A DNA stretch of 64,000 nt from Camelus ferus (Eukaryota): positions 118,112,001-118,176,000 of the forward strand of contig NC_045696.1 in assembly GCF_009834535.1 (NCBI RefSeq). The letters are read 5' to 3'. A program made the translations under genes and the position numbers. A model generated the notes under the pieces. It was not told the DNA's origin and ran no database searches. It saw only the letters and a list, made by a program, of their open reading frames with translations. The first letter of the stretch is position 1; the number at the start of each line of letters is the position of its first letter. Positions 51,513 through 64,000 of this stretch are shown here, one piece after another.

Positions 51513-52854
51513 TGTTAGACCTTCTCATTCTACTCTTTGCATCTCTTAACTGCTCTTACATGTTTTGTTTTCTTTGTTTCTCTGACCTGCATTTTAGATC
51601 GATTATAAAAGTTGTTCTTTCCACTTACTAATTCTATTTCTGTTTGTATTGACTCTGTTTCACTTTTCCACCAAATTAAAATTTTTACCTGTTTTTTTAT
51701 TTCTTGAGGTTTCATTTAATTCACACATATATATTTTAAGCCTTTCTATTACTCAAAACATCCTTATTGTATAATCTTTCCAATAATTGAAATATCTGTA
51801 GGCTAATTCTGCGGTCTCTGGTTTGTGTTGGCCCTCATTCATTGTGTCTCGTATCCTTGTGTGTTTTGTGATTTTTAAAATTTGAATAGAGGTTTTTGGA
51901 AAGTTGTTGGATGCTTTGAGGCCTGGACTGAAGTTATTTTCTTTCTCTGAGAATTTACATATACTTCCTGCAGGTGACTGATGGTACTAACCATTTAAGA
52001 GCACTTTAAATACATCTTCACATGAGATTTACTGGATTATACAAGTAGTGTGAATTTAGTCTGAGAACTTTTGGGAAGGTTCCACTTTGTGGTAACAGTA
52101 TCAAGAGAGTCAATAACACATTCTCTAAATGACAAAAGTTAAGAGGGGGAACACAGATTAGAGGTTGCCCGGGGTTAGGAATGGGGGTGCTGGGGGTGGG
52201 TGTGACTATAAAGAGGCAGCAGGAGGCAGACTTTGTGGTGCTTTTTTGCTGTTAACATGAGGGGATAGCCCTTTGGCATGAAAGCTTTGTGTAGGCATTT
52301 GTTTTTGATAGACTTTTAAAAGTTTATCTCCTGAGCCTTGTGTAGCCATTAAAATGTAAGTTCAATTTCAACAGTTTTAGGCACATACTCTCAGGATGAA
52401 AGCTGGTTTTCTGGGTTTGCTTATTCTACTTTCGCTTTGTTTATAGCTTATGTGGACGCTGTACTTTCTTGCTAGCTGAGCAGTTCATTAAAACAGATTT
52501 CCCACGAGCTTTAAACAGTTGTGTCTAACAGTATCAAGGTATCTAGTCTGCCACACTGCTGGAAACCAGCGCCCCACTATCTACAGTTTATCCTTATGAA
52601 GTATGTTGCTATTTTTGCTTCTGCTCTCTTGTATTTTTGTTGCTATAATAACTATTTTCTTTATTTCTTTGGTCTATCAGACTTCTTGTACAGACCATCG
52701 CAATCTATACCCAGTTACGTTTTCTAATCTTGTTTCCCACCCTCCTTCACTAGTGATAGTGTGGTTTATTAAAGACGTCGTGTATTTTAGCTACCATTCT
52801 TTTACTCAGGTCACTCCATCCTGTTTAAGTGCTGTCTCTTCTTTTGACTCCAAC

Positions 52855-53060
52855 TGCTCCTTTTAGCACTGTTGACATTTTGGGCTGAATAATTCAGTTT
52901 AGGGGGGGGGCTGTCTTGTGCATCATAGAATGTTAGCAGAATCCCTGGCATCTACCCATGAGGTGTAAATAGTACTTCCCGTTTCTGAGAATTACAAGTG
53001 TTTCCAGGTGTTGCCAAATGATATGTGCGGGGCAATGTCTCCCATGGTTGAGAACCACTG
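52855..53060 (-). mobile_element. MER20
   Basis: gcactgttgacattttgggctgaataattc...ttgccaaatg...ggttgagaaccactg. Confidence 0.88.
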
Positions 53061-53223
53061 TACTAGGACTGTATGAACCTGGTCTCAGCTGAAGAGCCTT
53101 CTCTGATTATCCCTGCCTGTGGCTTTCACCTTCTGGATTTTCTGTAGTACTTATTATCTGGATTGTATTCTTGTCCCTTATTACATTTGGTTGTAAATTT
53201 CTTTCTTTTATCTCCCTGCCATG

Positions 53224-53310
53224 TCTCTCTCTCTCTCTCTCCATCGCTCTCTCCCTCTCTGTCTCTCTCTCTCTCTGTGTCTCTGTATGTCTGTATATGT
53301 CTGTATGTGT
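53224..53310. repeat. (CT)n to (TGTC/TGTA)n compound microsatellite
   Basis: Direct reading. Confidence 0.85.
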
Positions 53311-54699
53311 CTTATTTCCCCAAGTTCTAGAGAGTGAGGACCATGTGTTTTACTTTTTTGTTTGCTTGCTATTTGGTCAACCCCATACACTTGTTAGTAG
53401 TTTTAAATATATCATTTTCTTGTTTTTTTTTTTCTCATTTTTTCATTTTTATATGGTAGTAATGTGGGTTTAGGAAATTGAGTCACTCTAGATAATGTGG
53501 AGAACTTTGAGACGACTACTGGTAATGATGAGACTTGCAGATGATAGAATGTTGATGTGAAAATAGTATGTATACTTGGTAGTAGCTGGAAAATTCAAAA
53601 CAATGCGAGATGGCTACAAAGAGATAAGAAAGATGTAATTTCTGGTAGATGGAGCCATTATATAAGTAACCAGGAAAATGTGCAGTAGAGTAGAATTTAA
53701 AAAATAGTCTGAGAAATACAGGAAATGGAAGGATTTGTAGAAGCATGAAGTACAAGTGATTAGTTCTACAGAATGAGATGAGCAAAGTAATCAATATGTC
53801 GGGGTAAATTGTTAGGAATGATGGATGTAGCATCTGGTTAGGAGTGACTTGTGTAAACCTGACAAATGTGATATGTGAGTGTTAGTAAGTTGCAAACAAG
53901 TTGGGCATAGGGAGGTTAGCTGTTACTACCAACTCAAGAGAAACAGATGTATTTTGCCCCAGCTGGGAAAGATATAGCTGTTACAGATTTCCCCTACTTT
54001 TTTTTTTTTTTTTATTAGCAGCAAATTCCAAGTAACAAAGAATTAAAGCTTGAATCTAACTACCTTTATAATGTGCATTTCCTCATGTAGGACAAAATCT
54101 TCATGAAAAATAATCATAAGCATGATATGTGTCATTGTAGAAAAATTAGAGGCAATGAAAAGTAGGGGGAAAATGAAAGTTCCCAAAGCCTGAACCACTA
54201 TTATCATTTAGCTTAATTCTGTTCTCTTGATTTTTATATGGTATCAGTCTGTCTCTCTCTTGATAATAGATTTAAAATGTGCCTCTTTGTATATATAAAT
54301 GCATACTGTTCGTATATATCTGTATGTGTTTGTAACTGACTGTACTTCAGTAAAAAAAAGTGAAAAAATTAGCTCCTATTTAAAAAATAAAGTAAAATAG
54401 GGATTATTTTATATGAAATATTTTATAGCCTGTTCTTTTTCATTTAATATTATGAACATTTCTCCACATCAGTAAAATTCTTCAAAGTGGTATTTAGTGT
54501 TTACGTAGCATTCTATTTTTAGATTATCCCCAAATTCATTTAACCATTTACCTGTTGTTAAACATTTATTCTTTCATACACGCGCACACACACACACATA
54601 CATACAATTTGAAGTGAATTAGTCTAATGAAAAATTTTGAGTCCATCTGCCATTTTCTTTGAAGAGTTGTTACCTCCACTCTGGTCTGATTCTTATAAT

Positions 54700-55180
54700 T
54701 TGCCCTGCAAAATTCTCCCTGGCTTCCATTGTGAAGAGAACCCCAATTTAATAGGTGGGCATTTTTTACCAAATTTGGAGACTGTATATTGTATCCTCTC
54801 AAGTGGTTAGGTGTGGCCAAAGGACTAGGTTATGGTTTAGAAGCTGTGGGCTGAAATAGGAGAGTTACAGGAGAGAGCGGGCTGGGCACCCCCCCCCCCC
54901 ACCTTCCTTCTTTCTGCTGCTTGTGCTGCAGATGTGCTCGCTGGAGTTCCCACAGTCTTCTTGGCGTGTGAAGCGACTTCTAATAGAAACAGTATGTGGT
55001 AGAGCAGAAAGACAGAAGGAACATGGATCCCTGATATCTGGAGCTGACACATCAGCCTTTGTCTACTAGACATTTGCGTGGAAGAAATTCTCTCCCTTTT
55101 TTTTTTTCTTAACTCATTATATTATTATTACTAAAGGTGTTTTTTTTGGCTTGGGAAGGATATGACCTAATCCTGGCTGA
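54700..55180 (+). mobile_element. MaLR (MLT1J/K-like) LTR
   Basis: ggttaggtgtggccaaaggactagg...gtagagcagaaagacagaaggaacatggatccctga. Confidence 0.7.
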
Positions 55181-55696
55181 TAAAGGATACCACTGTTTAA
55201 TGCTCTGTGTAGGAATGTGACAGTTCACATATAAAGAAACATGCTTTGTGTCGTGGTAGATTCTAGATCTATGTTGAAAACCAAAATCTATTTTGAGACT
55301 AGAGAGAGATTAATTGGGATTGAAAGGAAAGTACTTGATACATAAATTTCTGGAGCTCTTTGATAATTATATTGCTGAATATCATTTTCAAATGATTTTA
55401 ATAGTTATCACCCATTATTTCAGAAAATATTTGATAGCTTTTAGGCAAAAAAACCCGACTAACTATTGAGGATTGTAAATTGTAGCATATCATAATAATC
55501 TCAAGCCCTATGAATTTGTAATATTATTAGATATCTTGACTAATCATGTAGACAAGATCAGCTCATAAATATGACTTTTAATACTCTCTTTAACTATTGG
55601 AAGAATTTTGATAAATGTCAGCTTTCTTGTTTTTAACCTAAAATTAGGCAGGCTGCCATTTTTGTATATTTTTACATTTGCAAGATTCTTCAAGTA

Positions 55697-55835
55697 TTGT
55701 TGTTGTTTTTGGAGGGGGGTGGTGGGGGAGGTAATTAGGTTTATTTATTTATTTTTAGAGGAAGTACTGGGGCTTGAATCCAGGACCTTCTACATGCTAA
55801 GCATGCACTCTATCACTTGAGCTATACCCTCTCCC
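55697..55835 (-). mobile_element. tRNA-Ala-derived SINE (vic-1-like), full length
   Basis: Reverse complement of the 1698 element, including the ggggaggtaattaggtttatttattt tail. Confidence 0.85.
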
Positions 55836-56189
55836 GCCTTGGAATTCGGTAAATGAAATTAAAAATTTTTTTATAACTGTAGACTTACTTTTTTTTAAGG
55901 CAGTGATTGTAAGAGTTATTCATAACTTTAATGAAATAAGTGATGGATATACATTTAAAAGGCTAATAGACTATTTTTTCAGAAGTTTTAGGATTATAGA
56001 AAAATTGAGCAGAAAGTACAGAGTTTCTTTGTACCCATTCTCCAAGGTCAGGGTATACACATTTTTATCCAGGGTATTCCACTGCATATAATGTTATATA
56101 TATTAAAAAAAGACTATATCCATGAACCAAGGAAGTATTATTTTATGATAGGGAAACCACACACCACTAAAAGTCATTTTTCTCTCACC

Positions 56190-56402
56190 CAGGGTCTCCC
56201 CTCAGCACTGTTAACATTTTAAGCTGGATAATTCTTCCTAGTGGGGAACTAACTGTCCTGTGCGTTGTAGGATGTTTAGCACCATCCTTGAGCTCTAACC
56301 ACTAGATTCCGATAATACTCTCCAGGTGTGATAACCAAAAAATGTCTCCAGGCATTGTCAAATGTCCCTTGGGAGGCACATTACCGCAGGCTGAAAACTT
56401 GC
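56190..56402 (-). mobile_element. MER20
   Basis: ctcagcactgttaacattttaagctggataattctt...aatgtctccaggcattgtcaaatgtccc. Confidence 0.88.
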
Positions 56403-56489
56403 TCTCGCCTATTTGCACAGTTTAGGATTTGCTGTATTTTTAAGGGTAGGCTCCAATTTAAGGAGTCTGTAGTTCAGTGAACTTTCTCG

Positions 56490-56640
56490 TAGAAGTTGTG
56501 TAGACAAAGTTAGAATCTTCCCTGGCACTTGGGGACCTTAGGCAGTATGCTTAGTCTTACTGAGCCTCATTTTCCTTGACTGTGAAATAGGTTAAATATT
56601 ATCTAACTTGCTTTGAGAATTCATTGAGATAAATTATAAA
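56490..56640 (+). mobile_element. MIR
   Basis: gaccttaggcag...ctgagcctcattttccttgactgtgaaatagg. Confidence 0.65.
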
Positions 56641-59259
56641 AAAAAACTTGGATTAATTTTAGTCTCCTTCATGTGTGCTATATTGTTTGAATTTATTCCC
56701 TTAGAGGTGTCAAAAATTCATTACTGAGTTCTTATTTCTGTGGGAAAAGGCTATCACAGTTTGAGATCTACTGATTATGGATTCACGTGTACTATACTGT
56801 GAGTGGATAAAACCTTTAAACAAATGTTAAATGAAGACTGGTTTATGGGGTCAGTTGTGTTTGGACTCTTTGTGGTGCTCTACTTAGGTTGTCACTACAT
56901 TCAAATTGTAACAGGTAAGTGATCTTTTGTGTTCTTTCAAGGACTTTGAGCTCCTCAAATTGATGATAGTGTTAGATGTCAGCCAATCACTTTGTCCTTT
57001 GAAGTTTTTGTCTTCATTTCTGAAATCCCACCAATTGTAACAGCTTGTGTGTCAGCTCTGATAGAGGAATCTGGCCTCTCTCAGCTTGTCCTTAGTCCTT
57101 TGAAGACTTCTAAAAACTTGCCATAGGTTACAACTGATAATGTCTACTTCCCACTGCTCCCTTGTAGAATTATAAAGCATTGTTCATTAGTGAGTGAAAT
57201 GCCACCTGTAATAATTAAGGCTATTCTTATTGTTCTACCCTTGCAGAAAATTTCCAAAGACTTGGTGAAGATAGGAAAACTATCAGAAAGGCTGTAGCGC
57301 TATTGTACTGTAAGTATTGCTTTGAAAAAGAACTGTAAATTAAGAATATTTTAAGTATCCAGTTGTTTGGGGGAAAATATGTTAGGCAAAGATATTATAT
57401 GTAAAATATAGAGGAGGATATATTATAATCATATTAATAATTTATAAGAAGTAATCCTATGCAGTCTTTTAAAAATTGAGAATGTGTTCCTATGTATTGA
57501 GATGAGGATTTTACCAGTAGCATTGAAAAATATTTCTAATTCTAACAAGGATTGATCTAGTTTATGTACGTTTGCTTATTTAAAACTATCAGAATCCAGA
57601 AAATCATTGTAGTTTTGTAGGTTTGTGATTTGTTTGGGTGACTTATTGTTTAGGTTATTTTGCAGAATTATTTATTTGCTGATTTATTTATGTATTTCAT
57701 TATTTATTTATTTGATTATTTAGTAAATTATTTATCTGATGAATTATTAATACATCTTCATGACATGCTTTAAATTATTTATAACTTAATTTTGAGTTTA
57801 TTGCTTTTAGATGCTGCATTGTTACTGACTAGTTTTGATTTTTTTCTTTGTGGTTCTTTAAAATTAAAGTATTAGCTTTAAGGCAAAAGTATATTCATTG
57901 CATTCATTGCATTCATTGCAATGCCCAGGGTTTTTTTTCTAAGTAATTTATGGTGGTGATAAAATTTCAGTTATGCTTTTTAGCTCTAAATTTACCTGTT
58001 TAGGGTTACTGGTGATAGCATATTTGTGTGTTGTGTGCATACTCATTGTAGAGTCACTTACAAATTAATGATATAGTCTATAGTCTGTAAACTGAGACTG
58101 AACATGTAAACCTCAGTCCCCATTATCCTTGCTGTCTCTAAAGGGCAGGTCTGTATTTCTTACTTGCTTTATAAAAGATAATGGAGTCTTAGTTATTGTG
58201 TTTTAGTGGCAAAGCTATTTTACTACTGGTATATTTTTAGGAAAGTTCAGAGAAATGAAGGCCAGCTTAGCATTGGATCCTTGAGATATAAACTTGAGCG
58301 ATGTAACCTTTTTTTTTTTTTAAATCCCCGTTATATGTGTATTTGGGAAACAACATGATGTTTTTGTAGATTTGTATATTAGTCTTAATGACATATTTCT
58401 CTTATATCTCCTTTGAAAGTTTTATACCACTTTGAAAAACTAAAAATGGACAAGGATCTTTATAAATGCAGTCTCTAGTTTCTCCGACTTTAGCTAGTAA
58501 TTCTCCATGTAAAGTTTCTATTTTAACCAAATCAGGTATTTCTTCTTTGTTCTGACTGTGTTTCATGAGACAGCACAAGTTATTAGTGCCTTCTTTTTGA
58601 TTGGGCTTGGGTAAAAGGGTATCATATGCACAACTTGCTTTTCTCCTGTGTTTGCTTGCAGTGAACTATTGTGTACTTTACAGTTCTAACATTTCAGAGA
58701 GAAGCAGCACTGTACATTTCAAGTCAGGATGCTATTGAAATATAGTGAAAATGACCTCTGTAGACAGGTTTCACTAAAGAATTGTAAATTATGCATATGT
58801 AAACCGAAATTTCTTACTTTGAAATACAGAATATATGAATGTTTAACTGGAATATTGCTTGCCTTAAAGGAAGTGGTCTCATTTGATTTATATACATGGA
58901 TTTAAAAATGTGCGTATTGTACGTATCTGTGACTTTTCTATTCTGGAGGGGAACAATCACAGGTACTGTTAGATATGGAATTTTATTTTAAAGTGTGCTT
59001 CAGGATGTGAGTGTGGACTTTATTTTGAAGAAAAAAGCTGCCTTCTCCAGTGTTGAATATGATCTACTATACTGGTTGTGTAATATGCCCAGCGCACACT
59101 GTTGATGCGGTTAGTGGAGTACTCCTATGTCTTCCAAGTGATCTTTCATTGGAAGATACACATTTGTGCACACACACATGCACATGTATGTGAAATTTTC
59201 TCCTGAATAATTTTTTAGGACTGTTTTTGAAAACGGACACTAGTGGAGAGTGCCACAAC

Positions 59260-59490
59260 AATAGCTAGCATTTCCTGAGCACTTACTATGTGCAAGCACA
59301 GTACTCCCATCTTTTACACGGATTATTTGTTACTCATCACAGTGAGATAAGAACACTTATTATCGTCATAAAATGAATGAGGAAACAGAGACTTAGAGAT
59401 GCTCATTGCCACAAGCTGGCAGTAAGTGATGGCGCTCGGATTAGGACTCATTTAGTGTGGTCCTCAAGGATCCTTCTTAGTCCATTACCG
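59260..59490 (-). mobile_element. MIR
   Basis: ctgagcacttactatgtgcaagcac...atgaggaaacagagacttagaga...gtaagtgatggcgctcggatt. Confidence 0.75.
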
Positions 59491-59668
59491 TTTTGTCTGT
59501 GTGGTTGGTATAATGTAGTTTTTAACCTGAGTTGTTTTTGTTTGTTGTTAGAGACTGAATTCATTTATATCTCTGATAGGTTTAACTTGCTAAGTATATT
59601 CACTTTGTGTTACATTTGGTCTTTTTTAAGCAGTAGGCAGTATTTGAGCTTCTTGAATTTTCTAATTT

Positions 59669-60023
59669 TTAAAAATTTTTTTATTTTTTAAATTGAAGTC
59701 TGGTTGATTTACAATGTTTTATTAGTTTCTGGTGTACAGCATAGTGATTCGGTTATATATATATGTACACACACACATGTTCTTTTTCATTATAAATCAT
59801 TATAAGCTATTGAATATAGTTCCCTGTGCTATACAGTAGGACCTTGTTGTTTATCTATTTTATCTATAGTAGTGTGTATCTGCTGATCCCAGACTCCCAA
59901 TTTATCCTTCCCCCTCCTCACCCTTTCCCCTTTGGTAGCCATAAGTTTGTTTTCTATGTCTGTGAGTCTCAACTTTGTAAATAAATTCATTTGTTTGGAT
60001 AGAGAAGTTGTGGTATATATGTG

Positions 60024-60069
<46 letters not shown>

Positions 60070-60218
60070 GGAATACTGCTCAGCCATAAAGAATGAAATA
60101 ATGCCATTTGTAGCCACATGGATGGACCTAGAGATTATCATACTGAGTGAAGTTAAGTCAGACAGAGAAAGACAAATATATGGTATCACTTATATGTGGA
60201 ATCTAAAAAATGACATAG
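59669..60218 (-). mobile_element. Short L1 insertion with 5' inversion
   Basis: Antisense 3'UTR 59669-~59995, then sense ORF2 end (VEYCSAIKNEIMPFVATWMDLEIIILSEV); 16-bp TSD ttgaattttctaattt / ttgaattttctgattt. Confidence 0.92.
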
Positions 60219-60553
60219 TTGAATTTTCTGATTTGATTCTTCTTATAATCCTGTAGAGTGGATCCAAATTAAATACTGAAGAGGAATTTGTGCCTCAGGG
60301 AGAGTGAATATTTGCCTGGTGGATGTCTTAGACTCAGAGCACTTCTTTTGACTCTCAAGGCCAAGGCCATTTCCAGGGCTTTGTTGGGGAGGTGTTGGAA
60401 GATGTTGGGATGAGTGCCATAAGTGACTGCATCTGGTGAATGGCAGGGTACTTGTGAATCACTTAGTTTTAAGTTGGAATTTTGAAGTAAATAATGTTAT
60501 ATCATAAAATTCTCAAAACCCACGGTTTAGGTAATATGAAATACTGTAATTGC

Positions 60554-60682
60554 TAGGATGACCACATAATTTATCCTCCAATTCAGGACAGTTTTGAGAA
60601 TGAAAGGGTGTCAGTAAGTGTCAGGACAATAGGTGTCTGCTGGAACCATCCTGAGCAAATTGGGATCTGTAATCATTCTCGT
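60554..60682 (+). mobile_element. hAT-Blackjack MITE (MER94-like)
   Basis: taggatgaccacataatttatcctccaattcaggacagttttgagaatgaaaggg matches the MER94 start as recalled. Confidence 0.7.
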
Positions 60683-62495
60683 AATACCTCGAATTCCTGT
60701 TGTATCATTCCTAATAGTGTATATAATGTGTATTTAAGAGGAATCTTAATTCGCATACAGTATCTTTTGAATTGTTTTATTTTATGATAAAACAAACTTC
60801 TATTATGGCCAGTATTTATGTGTTTTGTAGCGAACCTGGGCAGTTTGTGGTTATGATTTTTATGGAATATGACTGTGATGTTCTACAGCTGTTGGAATTT
60901 CTTCTCAAGGTGAAAGTAAAGAGGTATTACCATTGGGAGCAGAAAGATGAGTATGGCAAAGTTGGTCAGTATATTAGAGAGCACTAAAATTTTTCTTCAT
61001 ATTATACATTATAGGATTTTTTATACTTGTTTTGCTTTATAAATCTTGTGATTAATTGCATAGTTGACATTGTACTGAAAACTAATTCTACTTGTTTTAC
61101 CTTCATAATTTATAATTTTATGTTAGATGATCTAGTACACTTTTTTTTTCTCTTAAGAAGCATGTTACATGTCATTTATATTGATAAGTTGGCAGTTTTG
61201 CGAAAACACTTTTGAAAACAACTGTTTTTCCTTGGTGAAATTCTGTGTGGGAAAATAGCAATCTCTAGAAGAGAGTTGCTTAAGGTTGTTTTGGTTTTTT
61301 GTAGTTTTCTTTTTAATTCCCTCTTGATACATATTTATTGAAGACATATTAGATACTAAATTTAAATTTCTAGTTTTTTTGCATTTAGAATATAGATGAC
61401 TTGTTAAGTTGAACTAGGTAACTACACTGGTATATTGTATTTGCATGTATATTAAAAAATCTTATGTAATAGTTCTTATTTACAACTATGTATAGTATCA
61501 GAACTCTGTAGTTTAGAAAGGCCTATTATGCCTTGTAACAAAGGTAAGAGCTTCCGTATATTCTGCCTTGAATTTGTCACAATGTGAAGCACTTCATGAA
61601 CTAGTACTGTAGTTGTAGGAGTAATATCGTAGCTCATGTGTTGGCTCTGAGAGTAGCTCCTCTGTAATTATGACAAGGAAAAGTACAGCCAAAGGTCATG
61701 TTAAACACAAAATTTCCTTCACACCTCATCCTTTCAGAGGATAGCATGTGAAGCAGTTTGGTCTTGCACTGAAATTTTCAGAGAGCAACCCAAGGTTGTT
61801 CCCCCGAAAGTGTTGGAAATATCTTTCCCATACTTCCCATGTGGTTGCAAAATTTGGCACGAATGTGTATTTGAATCCTGTGCTAATTAAATAGAATCTT
61901 ATTAAACTTAGAGTTTGCAGAATAAAAAAGGGTACTCTCATACTGCAAGGATTTCTTAGGGCACTAAGTAATACTGACATAGAACAGTCTTTCATAATAC
62001 TGAATATGACACGGCTAAATGCAGTGTCTTAGTACTGACCACCGTAGTCTTGATGTTGCTCAATGAAACACCAAAAACCAGACAACATAGAAAAACAGGA
62101 AATAAAATCACACAAGTGAATTTATAGAAGCTTAGCATGCCTATACTCATACAATCTGTTGATTAGGTCCTATTTTTGACTTAAATTTGGCTACATAAAA
62201 GTTGGAATACTGAAAAGGTCGTATATAGGAAAGCTTTCTATTAAAAAAAACTTAACATAAAAAGAATATACATATGTTGCAGGGTGGTAAACAAATCTCT
62301 GTAAGTTAGACTCAGTACACAATACCAAGACAGATAGGCTGAAGCAAGGTTGTTTGGAAGAGGATAAAATTGGCAAGTTATAATTTTTAGTATAATTGGT
62401 AAAAGTGTTTCTGTTTTTGAAACACTTTTTTTCATATTGTTCCCCACCATAACGTGCTTCTTGCTATAAGACTGTTGGAGTATGATTTGCAAACA

Positions 62496-62660
62496 AGGGT
62501 GCTCCCTGACGAAGGTTATTTTGGAAATGAATAGGTGTATTTTCCTTTGTCACAGCAATTTGGGGATGTTTTTGGCATTTAGTAGATGGGGATCAGGGAT
62601 GCTAGATGTCCTCCTCAGACTATGTGAAATGGTCCAGACTGCCACGTAACTTTTGAATGT
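62496..62660 (+). mobile_element. MER20-related fragment
   Basis: ttttggcatttagtagatggggatcagggatgctagatgtcct. Confidence 0.5.
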
Positions 62661-64000
62661 CTGCCTGCTTAACCTGTCTTCAAAAATAAAGCAGTAATGC
62701 TTTAATAATACTGACACAATTTTGCAAAATGTTCCATGAAGTATCTGATACTTTGGGGGAAGTTTGTGTGGAGGGGGAGCTTAAGTAGAATAAAGAAATT
62801 CTCCAAAATTATGTGTAGTTTACTTCACACATTCTTCCCACTTCCTGATTTATAACATTTCTTACTAGATATTTAGTTGACAAGTTTTCAGTTGGGGAAT
62901 GCAGTTTACTGGAAGCTCCATTACACAGATGGCAAATACGTAGCAGAGGATATTTAAGATTCTTTTAAGAACAAACTAAATTTTAAATTAATAGATCTCA
63001 TTGAATTTTGTTAGTTAATAAAGCTTATTTAAGGTTATTTTATGATCATCATCCTAAATATTAAAGTTTCTTTTTTTAGAATGCTAATAATACATTGTTA
63101 AAATATATTTTAAAAATACTTATTTTTATGTTGCCTAGTCTTCAGTATTACTCTGGTACCATCTCCAGTAATCTGTCATACATCTTCCCTGTAACTTCTT
63201 ATATTACATTTCTTTAGCACTCCACTGGTTGTTTTATATTTTGGGAGGATATAGTCTCTACTGTAGTATTTTTAAGAACTAGAGACTTAATGCCTTGACA
63301 GTGTGGTAGGTTTTCTGGGATGGGTTGTAACTACACTAACAACCTTAGCATAGGTAATTATTTTGACACTACGCTTAGAAACAAAACCCAGGTCTGCTGC
63401 ACTCACACCACATTTCATGATTTTCTCCATTTCAACAGTATGTAATTTGTCTTGACGTTTTAATTTTTATTTCATTTAAGCTTATTTATTTCTCTTCACA
63501 TTCAGTTTAATTTTCATCTGTAATCACTTATCTCAACACTAATTTTTATTCTAGAGTTCTCCTATGCCTCTCACCTTTGATTTTTTTGTACTTCTTCTAG
63601 AGAATGACTTGTGATCTTTTTTGTTCTAGATCCAAATTTACCTATTATATACAGATGCAAACATGTGACTGTTTTATTCATTCTTCTTAAGTAGTTATGC
63701 CTAAGTGTTTATACAGTGATGAGTATTTCACTATAAATTTACTTTTGTTTTTTGATTAATATTATGGTTAGGGAATTAATTTTTTTAAATATCCTGCATA
63801 TGGTTAGATTTTATTATCTGAATTTCATTTCAAGATAGTATAGGGAATGACAGGGAGATTGGATCTGGTGGACTGAAAACCAATATTTTGTTTTATTTTA
63901 TTATTATTTTGTTTTGTTTTTGAAAGTTTATTACCCTAAGATTTCTACTTTGTAGCTCTAGAAAGCATAGGTATACATTACTTGCTTACATTAAAAACAA

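Larger units (their letters stand above)
9817..64000 (+). other. Long first intron, continuing past the window end
   Basis: No recognisable coding exon; T-rich + strand and mostly antisense L1 insertions downstream of the island fit + strand transcription. Confidence 0.7.

Noticed and set aside
1..64000. CRISPR arrays, operons or prokaryote-type systems
   Set aside because: The sequence is mammalian; no regularly spaced repeat-spacer structure or dense coding was seen

Overview
Eutherian genomic DNA, most likely a camelid, judged from four copies of a short tRNA-Ala-like SINE resembling vic-1 and no obvious ruminant or suid SINEs. About 9 kb of LTR-rich intergenic sequence leads into a CpG-island promoter (~9.4-10.3 kb) with two NRF1 motifs, an E-box and a GC box. 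An ATG-free first exon on + ends at a CAG|GTAAAA donor (9816). The remaining ~54 kb looks like one very long first intron packed with L1, L2, MIR, MaLR/ERV LTRs and DNA-transposon MITEs. From memory the exon resembles the 5' exon of CHD9; this is tentative and unverified. No protein-coding exon is supportable: the longer ORFs I examined trace to repeats or the GC-rich island. Repeat family names are by recall of consensus sequences, not by search. I see no strong evidence for a new biological system. Best leads: a MER41-like solo LTR abutting the promoter, an internally deleted L1 with an in-frame ORF1-ORF2 fusion, a twin-primed L1 inversion, a two-tailed chimeric L1, and candidate cassette exons, one starting with ATG.
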